Assembly: GCA_002428565.1 (NCBI GenBank)
Contig: DIXA01000058.1
Span: 51,570 to 115,569 of the forward strand
Direction of reading: 5' to 3'
From: Anaerolineales bacterium UBA6092
Lineage (GTDB): Bacteria; Chloroflexota; Anaerolineae; Anaerolineales; UBA4823
DNA: 64,000 nt
Below the pieces are notes generated by a model that saw only the letters and a list, made by a program, of their open reading frames with translations, did no database searches and was not told the origin of the DNA. Of this stretch, positions 7,689 to 16,032 are shown in pieces (position 1 is the first letter of the stretch; every line of letters begins with the position of its first letter). Both the position numbers and the translations under genes were made by a program.

Positions 7689-9628
7689 GCATTCGCACAC
7701 GCTTGGTGCTGACTCTGGTTTTGGTCGGCCTCATTCCGCTCTTGATCACGATTGTGTACGCCAGCCAGTCCATGAATGAAATGGTCTCGCAGGCTGAAGT
7801 GACCACCCGAGAAGCTCTGGAACTGGCTGCCAGGCAGTCGGTGCGCCAGTCGGCTTACTCGGTGGCGCGGCAGATCCGCCTGTACCTGGATCTGCACCCC
7901 GAGTTGGATGCGAATGATCCGGAGGCATTGCAGGCTGACCCTGGCCTGACCCAGATTGCTGTTCAAGCGGTGGGAAATTCTGGCTACAGCGCGGTTTTCG
8001 ATGAAAACGGCGTCACCCGTTTCCACACCAACGCGGCTCTGGTGGGGCAAGATCTTTCCAGCCTGGCAGAAACGCTGCCCGATTTCTGGGCGATCTACGA
8101 GTCCGCGCTGGATGGCTCTCCGGCAGAGGGCAATTACGATTGGCTGGAGGCAGATGGCACCATCCGCCCCAAATATATGGTTGTTGCGCCCGTGCAAGGC
8201 ACTGCCTTGCGTGTGGCGGCGACAGCATACTTAGATGAGCTCTCGGCGCCAGCGCTTACCGTGGCAGATAAGCTAAGCCTATTGTCTGGCGATTCGAACC
8301 TGCGCTTGTGGTCAATTGGCCTGGTGAGCACTGTGGTGGCTGCGGGGCTGGCGGTGTATATTGGCACCCGCCTCGCCCAGCCTTTGGCCAAGATGGCCGC
8401 GGCTGCGGAGCGGGTCGCCGAGGGCGATTGGGAGTCCATCCGCCCGCTGCCCGAGCGCACCGAACTGGGCGCGCTCAGCCGTTCTCTGTATACGATGACC
8501 AATCAACTGCGCAGCACGCAGGAAAACCTGGAGAAGCAGGTGAGCACCCGCACCAAAGAATTGACCCGCCGCACCAGCCAGCTGGAAGCGGCCGCAGAAG
8601 TGGCCCGCGAAGCCTCTGCCATCCGGGATATGAGCCGCTTGCTCAACCAGGTGGTTAACCTGGTGGCTGAGCGCTTCGATGTGTATCACGTGGGCATCTT
8701 TTTGGTGGACGAAGCCCGCGAATTTGTGGTGCTGAATGCCGCCAACAGCGAAGGCGGGCGGAAGATGCTGGAGCGCGAGTATAAACTACGGCTGGGTGGA
8801 GAAGGAATGGTGGGCTGGGTGGCCAAGGCCGGCCAGCCGCGCATCGCTTTTGATGTGGGCGCCGACCAGCACTTCGTCCGTGACCCAGAACTGCCCCAAA
8901 CCCGTTCTGAAGCCACGCTGGCCCTGCGCATCCGTGAGCGGGTGATTGGCGTGCTGGATGTGCAATCGTTGCAGGCTTCGGCATTCACCCCAGATGACCT
9001 GGGCGTGCTGCAGATTGTGGCTGACCAGATTGCCCTGGCGGTGGAGAATGCCCGCCTCTTCGAATCCAGCCAGCAGGCCCTGCAGGCGATGAACCGCCTG
9101 TACAGCCGTGAGTCGCAAGATGCCTGGCAGAAACGCCTGGGCGATCGTCCCGTGGCGTTTCGCTACACGCGCATGGGCACCCAGATGATGACCCCTCAGG
9201 ATTCTCGCCAGGAATTGGCGGAGACCAGCCAGGTGCGCACCGACCCGGCAAGCGGCATGCATGAACTGCTGGTGCCGGTGGCCTTCCGCGGCCAGGTGAT
9301 GGGCCAATTGAAGTTGCGCCGGGATGCCGACCAGATGGCCTGGACCGCCGCGGATATGGATATTGTGGAGCAGGCGGTGGCGCAGATCGTTCCGGCGCTG
9401 GAGAATGCCCGCTTGCTGGAGGAAGTGCAATCCAGAGCAGCGCGCGAGCAAATGGTGAACGTGATCACCGGCCGGGTGCGCAGCTCTATTACCATGGAAA
9501 CGATCTTGCAGAACGCCGTGCGCGAACTGGGTATGGCTTTGGGGGCGTCTCGCACCTTCGTTCAAATCGGTTTAGACCAAGAATTGGCAGATCAGAACCC
9601 AGAAGGAGGCTTGGATGAAAGCAAATAA
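7685..9628 (+). CDS. TM-periplasmic(Cache-like)-TM-HAMP-S-helix-GAF receptor, no output domain
   Basis: ATGA overlap with the upstream gene. Two TM helices flank a roughly 190-aa extracytoplasmic domain. HAMP (PLAKMAAAAERVAEGDW...LGALSRSLYTMTNQL); S-helix VSTRTKELTRRTSQLEAAAEV; A-type GAF (RFDVYHVGIFLVDEAREFVVLNAANSEGG...VIGVLDVQSLQASAF); half-GAF with AWTAADMDIVEQ; tail AAREQMVNVITGRVRSSITMETILQNAVRELGMALG. Confidence 0.87.
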   Translation: MSIRTRLVLTLVLVGLIPLLITIVYASQSMNEMVSQAEVTTREALELAARQSVRQSAYSVARQIRLYLDLHPELDANDPEALQADPGLTQIAVQAVGNSGYSAVFDENGVTRFHTNAALVGQDLSSLAETLPDFWAIYESALDGSPAEGNYDWLEADGTIRPKYMVVAPVQGTALRVAATAYLDELSAPALTVADKLSLLSGDSNLRLWSIGLVSTVVAAGLAVYIGTRLAQPLAKMAAAAERVAEGDWESIRPLPERTELGALSRSLYTMTNQLRSTQENLEKQVSTRTKELTRRTSQLEAAAEVAREASAIRDMSRLLNQVVNLVAERFDVYHVGIFLVDEAREFVVLNAANSEGGRKMLEREYKLRLGGEGMVGWVAKAGQPRIAFDVGADQHFVRDPELPQTRSEATLALRIRERVIGVLDVQSLQASAFTPDDLGVLQIVADQIALAVENARLFESSQQALQAMNRLYSRESQDAWQKRLGDRPVAFRYTRMGTQMMTPQDSRQELAETSQVRTDPASGMHELLVPVAFRGQVMGQLKLRRDADQMAWTAADMDIVEQAVAQIVPALENARLLEEVQSRAAREQMVNVITGRVRSSITMETILQNAVRELGMALGASRTFVQIGLDQELADQNPEGGLDESK

Positions 9629-10631
9629 GTGGCTTGGGATTTTCTTAGTGTTGGTGATGGTGGCTGGCCTGGCGGCAGGTTGCAAGACTACACCAGAGGC
9701 CACCGCCGTCGCGCCAGATCAGGTCACCTTGCGGCTGCAGTGGGTGACCCAGGCGCAGTTTGCCGGTTACTATGTTGCCCTGGACAAGGGCTGGTACGCC
9801 GATGAGGGGATCGACTTGACGATTAAACCGGGCGGCCCCGATCTGATCACCACCGACCTGGTGGTGAATGGCACCGACGATTTTGGCACCGCCCTGCTGG
9901 CAGATATTATTGCTGCCATCCAATCGGGCAAACCGTTGGTTAGCATCAGCCAGATCCAGCAGAGCAACGGTTTGATGCTGCTGGCGATGAAATCTTCAGG
10001 CATTGAAGGGCCACAAGATTTCGTTGGCCACAGCGTGGGTGTGTGGCTGGGCAACTGGGAAGCTCAGTTCGATGCGCTGATGTTCAAGGAAGGCATTGGC
10101 GCGGAAGATTACCAACTCGTTTCACAGGGCTTCAGCATGGATGCCTTCATCTCCGGCGAGCTGGATGTGGCCTCGGCGATGATCTACAACGAGTATTACA
10201 GCGTGCTGGAAAGCGGCATCAGCGCGGAGGATATCAACATCATCGACTATGCGGATTACGGGCTGGATTTCCCCGGCGACACCCTGTTCACCTCTACCCG
10301 GTTGGCCGAAGAGAACCCCGACCTGTGTGCCCGCATGGTGCGCGCCAGCCTGCGCGGTTGGCAGTACGCCGTGGAGAACCCCGACGAAGCGGCAGATATT
10401 GTGCTCAAGTACGATACAAGCGGCGCGCAGACCATTGCCCACCAGCGCTCCATGATGTATGAGATCGCCAAACTGGTGCAGGTTTCGGTGCGCCCGCTGG
10501 GGTACACCGACCGGGATAGTGTCCGCCGCACCATTGATACCTTATTCAACTATGGCGTTTTGAGCAGCCCCATCGAGCCAGATACGGTCTTCAACAACAC
10601 GTTCTGGGAGCAGGCGCAGGTGCAACCATAA
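9615..10631 (+). CDS. Solute-binding lipoprotein, NMT1/THI5 (SsuA/TauA/ThiY-like) family; orphan (no ABC permease or ATPase nearby)
   Basis: AAGGAGG lies 5 nt upstream of ATG 9615. Lipobox LAAGC. LRLQWVTQAQFAGYYVALDKGWYADEGIDLTIKPGGPD is typical of the family. The start lies 14 nt inside the upstream receptor gene. Confidence 0.8.
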   Translation: MKANKWLGIFLVLVMVAGLAAGCKTTPEATAVAPDQVTLRLQWVTQAQFAGYYVALDKGWYADEGIDLTIKPGGPDLITTDLVVNGTDDFGTALLADIIAAIQSGKPLVSISQIQQSNGLMLLAMKSSGIEGPQDFVGHSVGVWLGNWEAQFDALMFKEGIGAEDYQLVSQGFSMDAFISGELDVASAMIYNEYYSVLESGISAEDINIIDYADYGLDFPGDTLFTSTRLAEENPDLCARMVRASLRGWQYAVENPDEAADIVLKYDTSGAQTIAHQRSMMYEIAKLVQVSVRPLGYTDRDSVRRTIDTLFNYGVLSSPIEPDTVFNNTFWEQAQVQP

Positions 10632-10664
10632 AGATGATTTCTTGGGTCAGGAAGGTGTAGCGCA

Positions 10665-13097
10665 ATGATTGACCTTCTATTGCGGCGCTTATCGGTACGG
10701 GCCAGGATCCTGGGCAGTTTCCTGTTCATTGCCGCCTTGATCCTCGTGGCGGCGCCTTTGATCGCCTCGAGCTTCAATTTCCTCGTTGGCCGTCTGGAAC
10801 AGGTGACGACCGTGGAAACCCGCGCAGACCGCCTGCTTTTGCTGGCTGCCAGCCGGGTTTCCTCCTCCCAGGTAAACCTGATCCGCTATATTCAGGATTA
10901 CACCCCCACCCCGGCTGAGGCGCTGGATGATGTCAGCCAGGCGGTCGGTTTGTTGACCGAGGCACGCTCCCTGGCGGTATCTGAGGCGACCATCGAAACG
11001 CTGGATCTGCTGACGAAAAGCCTGGCAGATTACCAGGAGTTGATTGGGCAAATTGTGGATGCGCGTGTAGCCGGTGAAGGGCAGACTGTGACCCGTTTGC
11101 AGTTCCGAGCCAGCAACCTGGGTAACGATATTGGCCTGCGCATTGAGGTGCTGGTGGATGAGAGCGAGCAGCGCCTGCTGAAGACCAATGCGGAGGTGCT
11201 GGCAGATGCCCAGCGGCGCTTCATACTGCTGATCGGCGGAGCGGTGATGATCCTGGTGCTGACCCTGATCACCACGGTGGTGATCTCGCGCAGTATCACC
11301 GTACAGGTGGACGAGCTGCGAGATGGCGCAGAGGCGCTGCGCAAGGGCCGGCGAGATGTGCTGATCCCGGTGAAGGGTGGAGATGAACTGAGTTTGCTGG
11401 CGCGGGCCTTCAACCAGCTGACCGCAGAACTCTCTCGATCCTACATGGAGTTGGAACAGCGCGTGGCAGACCGCACCCAGGCATTGGCCCAGCGAGCGCT
11501 GGAGCTGCAAACCGCAGCCGAAGTGGCACGCGAGGCGGCTTCGATCCCAGAGCTGCAGCTGTTGCTCGACCGGGCAGTGAACCTGATCTTGGAACGCTTT
11601 GGCCTGTACCATGCAAGCATCTTCTTGCTGGATGAGCGCCAGGAATACGCCATTTTGCGCGCTTCCACCGGCGAAGCCGGTAAGGCGCTGCTGCGCAAAG
11701 GTTTTAAGCTCAAATCGGGCGCAGTGGGCATTGTGGGCTTTGTGGCCCGCAGTGGCGAGCCACGTGTGGTCAACAATGTAGAAGCAGATTTCTCTTATTA
11801 CCGCGATCCCCTGCTGCCTGATACGCGTTCAGAGCTGGCGGTGCCGCTCAAGGTGGCTGATAAGACCATTGGCGTTTTGGATGTGCAGAACAACCAGGTC
11901 AACGCTTTTAGCCAGGATTCCGTGGCGGTGCTGCAGGTTATGGCTGACCTGTTGGCAGTGGCAATCCAAAATGCCCGCCTGGTGGAAAACCTGCAATCCA
12001 GCCTGCAAGAGGTACGCTCCCTCTACTCTCGTTTTGCAGAAGAAACCTGGCGCCCGGTTGCGCTGGGCAGAAAACTGGGCTATGAATACGATCTGACCGA
12101 GGTATCTCCCTTGGAAGGGCGGCTGTCTGCTAACCTGTTGGCTAAGTTGAAGGATGTACAGGTGTTTGGGCAGGGTGGTGAACCGCAGCCCAAGAGCATG
12201 CACAAGGGGCGCAGGGATATGGAGACAATATCCTCTGTGCTTTCGCCGCTGCGGGTGTACGACCAGTTGATCGGGGTGATTGGCATCGATACCGACGATC
12301 CCAACCGCAAGTGGTCGCCGGAGGAATTGGTTCTGATCGAGACCGTGTCTCAGCAGGTGGCGCTGGCATTGGATAACGCCCGCTTGCTGGAGGAAACTCA
12401 ACTGCGCACGGATCAGCTGCGCCTGCTGCAGGCCATCACCTCCACGGCGATTTCTTATGTCAATCTGAACGAACTCTTGCAAGCAGTTGCCGAGAAGATG
12501 CTGACCGGCTTTGACGTGCTGCACGTGGGGATCATTCTATTTGACGAGGATCATCGCATTGGCACCCTGGTGGCAGATGCCTCTGCTCAGGGTGCGCCTG
12601 GCAGCAACATGTTTGGCGCGGTCATCCCGGTGGAAGGCAATGAGCTGACCCAAGATGTGATCCGCACGCGCAAGGCGACGGTTGTGTATGATGCGCAGAA
12701 TAACCCGCGCAACCTGATGGCGCAGAACCTGGCTCGCGAGCGCGGCACCCATACCCTGGTGGTGGTGCCGCTGATCTTGCGCGGAGATGTGATCGGTTCG
12801 ATTGGCCTGGATGTGGGCGACCCACAGCGAATTTTTGCGGAAGATGACCTGCGCCTGCTGGAGCAGATCAGCCTGCAGGTGTCTGCCTCGATCGAGGTGG
12901 CGCGCATCTTTGAGCAGACTGCCCAACGCGCGGAGCGTGAGCGCCAGGTCTCTGAGATCACCTCGCACATGCGTGAAACGCTGGACGTGGACTCGGTGAT
13001 GCAAACTGCGGTCGATGAGATCTACCGCAGGCTCAATTTGGAAGAGGTCTCTGTTTACCTGGCACAGCCAGAAGATCGACCGCAGAGCGAAGAATAG
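10665..13097 (+). CDS. TM-helical periplasmic domain-TM-HAMP-S-helix-GAF-halfGAF-GAF receptor, no output domain
   Basis: Two TM helices flank a roughly 150-aa helical (4HB-like) domain. HAMP (ELSLLARAFNQLTAEL); VADRTQALAQRALELQTAAEV; A-type GAF (RFGLYHASIFLLDERQEYAILRASTGEAG...TIGVLDVQNNQVNAF); half-GAF (KWSPEELVLIETVSQQVALALDNARLLEE). This is followed here by a complete extra GAF (FDVLHVGIILFDE...VIGSIGLDVGDPQRIF) and then the tail ERERQVSEITSHMRETLDVDSVMQTAVDEIYRRLN. Confidence 0.87.
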   Translation: MIDLLLRRLSVRARILGSFLFIAALILVAAPLIASSFNFLVGRLEQVTTVETRADRLLLLAASRVSSSQVNLIRYIQDYTPTPAEALDDVSQAVGLLTEARSLAVSEATIETLDLLTKSLADYQELIGQIVDARVAGEGQTVTRLQFRASNLGNDIGLRIEVLVDESEQRLLKTNAEVLADAQRRFILLIGGAVMILVLTLITTVVISRSITVQVDELRDGAEALRKGRRDVLIPVKGGDELSLLARAFNQLTAELSRSYMELEQRVADRTQALAQRALELQTAAEVAREAASIPELQLLLDRAVNLILERFGLYHASIFLLDERQEYAILRASTGEAGKALLRKGFKLKSGAVGIVGFVARSGEPRVVNNVEADFSYYRDPLLPDTRSELAVPLKVADKTIGVLDVQNNQVNAFSQDSVAVLQVMADLLAVAIQNARLVENLQSSLQEVRSLYSRFAEETWRPVALGRKLGYEYDLTEVSPLEGRLSANLLAKLKDVQVFGQGGEPQPKSMHKGRRDMETISSVLSPLRVYDQLIGVIGIDTDDPNRKWSPEELVLIETVSQQVALALDNARLLEETQLRTDQLRLLQAITSTAISYVNLNELLQAVAEKMLTGFDVLHVGIILFDEDHRIGTLVADASAQGAPGSNMFGAVIPVEGNELTQDVIRTRKATVVYDAQNNPRNLMAQNLARERGTHTLVVVPLILRGDVIGSIGLDVGDPQRIFAEDDLRLLEQISLQVSASIEVARIFEQTAQRAERERQVSEITSHMRETLDVDSVMQTAVDEIYRRLNLEEVSVYLAQPEDRPQSEE

Positions 13098-13110
13098 ATT
13101 TGGGAATCTT

Positions 13111-16032
13111 ATGAACCCTTCCACACTTACCTTAGGCTGGATGCTGTTTACCGACTTTTTGGTTGCGGTGGCTTTCATCCTGGCGGCCTATATCTTCTTT
13201 TTGAACCCCCGCCAGCGTGCCAACCGCTATGTCAGCCTGGCGGTGCTGATCATCGCAGTTGCCAACCTGGGCATATCGTTATCTTTGCGTGCCAGGGGGT
13301 ACGAGCAGGTTGAGCCATACTTGCTCTTGACGGCAGCGGTATCGCCGATGATTGGGCCTGCGTTGATCTTGGCAACCCTGGCGCTGATGAAACCGCAGTG
13401 GATGTCGGGCCGCTGGCTGTGGGTGCGCAATCTGCTGCTGGGTTTGGCGGTTATTCCGGCTTTGGCGGTTGTGGTGGATCTGGTGTTGGGCACGCAACTG
13501 TATTATACGGGCTTCGACCCAGCCCAGTACACCGGCGGCTATGTCGAGTTCAGCCAGTTCCTGGCCACGGTGTTTGGCCGCATTGTGGTGTACTTCTATG
13601 TGATTGGTCTGACGGCTATTCTGGTCTTGCCGCTGGGTTATTTTGCCTTCTTTGACCGTTCCCTGAAGCCCATGCCGCGCGCTCTGGCGCGCCTGTTGTT
13701 TGTGGTGCAGGTGTTGGGATTGGCATTGAGTATGGGTACCCGGAGTGTGCTCCCGGCAGGAATCTCGGCGGTGCTCACCAGCACGTTGTATACCCTGGCA
13801 TATGCCTTTGCCGCTTTCCGGCAGATGATCTCTGAGCGGCAGTACCAGGCAGGACGGCTGCGCACGCGCCTGACCGCGCTGACCATGGCAATCACGCTCC
13901 CGCTGCTGGTGTTGTTGGCCAATTCCATTATCTCTGAGGCGCGTTTCCTCTTGGAAGAGATTGAATTGCAGCGTCTGGAAGATCAGAGCGAAGCGCTGGC
14001 TACCAGCACCAGCCTGTGGATGGATAATAACGTTACCGCCCTGGAAAACCTGGCCAGGCAGCCGGGGATTGTCAGCATGAATGCAGAACAGCAGCGGCCA
14101 ATCTTACAGTCGTTTGCAGCCACTTATCCGTACATGTACCTGGTATCCACCACGGACCTCCAGGGCATGAATGTGGCGCGCAATGACGATAACCCTCTGA
14201 CGGATTACGGCGATCGGGCCTGGTTTTGGAGTGCTGCAGCAGGAAACGAAACTTACTACCAATTGCTGATCGGGCGCACCACAGGCCGTCCGGCCCTGGT
14301 GGTTTCGGCTCCCATTCGAGATGCGTATGGGAAGATTGTGGGTGTGGCGATGTTTGCCAGCGAGCTGACAGAGATCAGCGAGCTGGTGGTTAGCACCCGC
14401 ATCGGTGAAACGGGCTTTGCGTACATGGTGAACGAAACCAATACCCTGGTGGCGCATCCGCAGATCGACGAGCTAATGCTTGCAAATGATCCGCAAGCCC
14501 CGCAACTGCTCGACTTTACGGGTAATCCACCCATTGTGGCGCTGCGTGAAGGCCGGAAGGCGCCTCTGCGCTACCTGGATGCAGAAGGCAATTCTCAGGT
14601 GGCTTATTACAGCCTGCTGGCCAATAACTGGGGCCTGGTTATCCAGCGCCAGAGCAATGAACTACTGCTGGCATCGCAGTCGCTGCAGCGCACGGCCTGG
14701 GGCATCATTGCCGTGGGTAGTTTGATCTTGTTCCTGCTGGTTTGGGCAACCATGGTGCAGTCTTTCCGCCCGGTGAACACACTGACCGAAACAGTGCAGT
14801 CGATCACGGCGGGTAACCTGAACCGCGTGGCCCCGGTGGAGAGCGGCGACGAGATCGGTACGCTGGCGCGGGCCTTCAACGTGATGACCAGCCAACTGCG
14901 CGACAACATCAGCGGCCTGGAACGGCGTGTGGCTGAGCGCACCTTGGATCTGGAACACCGCTCGGCGCAGCTACAGGCTGCGGCTGAGGTAGGACGCGCC
15001 GCCGCCACCATCCGTGATCTGGATGAGCTGCTGCCCCTGGTGACGAACCTGATCGGCGAGCGGTTTGACTTTTACCACGTAGGCATTTTCTTGTTGGATG
15101 AAAGAAGAGAGTTTGCTGTGCTGCGCGCCGCCAACAGCGAGGGCGGCAAGCGTATGCTGGCCCGCGGCCACCGCCTGCAGGTGGGGCAGCAGGGTATTGT
15201 GGGATATGTGACCAGCCAGCGATTGCCGCGCATTGCGCTCAACGTGGGCCAGGACGCCACCTATTTCAATAACCCCGACCTGCCTGATACGCAGTCGGAG
15301 ATGGCCCTGCCGCTGCAAGTGGGCAACGAACTGCTGGGCGCGCTGGATGTGCAGTCTACCGAGGCGGGGGCCTTCACCGAGCAGGATGTGCAAACCCTGC
15401 AGGTATTGGCTGACCAGGTGGCCATCGCCATCAACCAGGCGCGCCTCTTGCAGCAGACGGCGCAACTGTTGGAAACGGAACGCCGCCTCTATGGCGACAT
15501 CAGCCGCCGCGCCTGGACGGAGCAGATGCGCTCGATGGAGCATAAGGGTGTGATGCGCACGCGCGATGGGGTCATCCCCCTGGATGCGGTTCCTGGCCAG
15601 CAGGTGCGCAGCCAGTTGGAAGCCGGGCAGGCGGCTGTGGATGCGGAAGATGCGGCGGTGTTGTACGCGCCGGTGAGCGTGCGCGGTCAGGTCATTGGTG
15701 TCTTGCGCGCCCGGCGCTCCGCCGAGGCGGGCAAATGGGGTGCAGATGAAATCCGCATGGTGGAGAACCTGGCAGAGCAGTTGAGCCTCTCATTGGAAAG
15801 TGCACGTTCATACCAGGATACGGAAATGACCGCTCAACGTGAGCGCTTACTGGGTGAGATCAGCGCCCGCATCCGCCAAACCCTGGATCTGGAGACAATC
15901 TTGCGGGCTGCAACACAAGAGGTGCGCCAGGCGCTGGACCTGCAAAAAGTGGTCATCCGCCTGGGCAAGCCCTCCAACGAGGAAGAAGGCGGTAATGGCA
16001 GCAGCCCGGTGAGTGGAGGCAGTGATGGCTGA
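13111..16032 (+). CDS. 7TM-Cache-TM-HAMP-S-helix-GAF receptor, no output domain
   Basis: I chose ATG 13111 (13 nt after the upstream stop); the ORF-track start at 13015 overlaps the previous gene. About 7 N-terminal TM helices. Cache-like block (YMYLVSTTDLQGMNVARND...GFAYMVNETNTLVAHP); HAMP (IGTLARAFNVMTSQL); VAERTLDLEHRSAQLQAAAEV; A-type GAF (RFDFYHVGIFLLDERREFAVLRAANSEGG...LLGALDVQSTEAGAF); half-GAF (KWGADEIRMVENLAEQLSLSLESARSY); tail QRERLLGEISARIRQTLDLETILRAATQEVRQALD. Confidence 0.87.
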   Translation: MNPSTLTLGWMLFTDFLVAVAFILAAYIFFLNPRQRANRYVSLAVLIIAVANLGISLSLRARGYEQVEPYLLLTAAVSPMIGPALILATLALMKPQWMSGRWLWVRNLLLGLAVIPALAVVVDLVLGTQLYYTGFDPAQYTGGYVEFSQFLATVFGRIVVYFYVIGLTAILVLPLGYFAFFDRSLKPMPRALARLLFVVQVLGLALSMGTRSVLPAGISAVLTSTLYTLAYAFAAFRQMISERQYQAGRLRTRLTALTMAITLPLLVLLANSIISEARFLLEEIELQRLEDQSEALATSTSLWMDNNVTALENLARQPGIVSMNAEQQRPILQSFAATYPYMYLVSTTDLQGMNVARNDDNPLTDYGDRAWFWSAAAGNETYYQLLIGRTTGRPALVVSAPIRDAYGKIVGVAMFASELTEISELVVSTRIGETGFAYMVNETNTLVAHPQIDELMLANDPQAPQLLDFTGNPPIVALREGRKAPLRYLDAEGNSQVAYYSLLANNWGLVIQRQSNELLLASQSLQRTAWGIIAVGSLILFLLVWATMVQSFRPVNTLTETVQSITAGNLNRVAPVESGDEIGTLARAFNVMTSQLRDNISGLERRVAERTLDLEHRSAQLQAAAEVGRAAATIRDLDELLPLVTNLIGERFDFYHVGIFLLDERREFAVLRAANSEGGKRMLARGHRLQVGQQGIVGYVTSQRLPRIALNVGQDATYFNNPDLPDTQSEMALPLQVGNELLGALDVQSTEAGAFTEQDVQTLQVLADQVAIAINQARLLQQTAQLLETERRLYGDISRRAWTEQMRSMEHKGVMRTRDGVIPLDAVPGQQVRSQLEAGQAAVDAEDAAVLYAPVSVRGQVIGVLRARRSAEAGKWGADEIRMVENLAEQLSLSLESARSYQDTEMTAQRERLLGEISARIRQTLDLETILRAATQEVRQALDLQKVVIRLGKPSNEEEGGNGSSPVSGGSDG

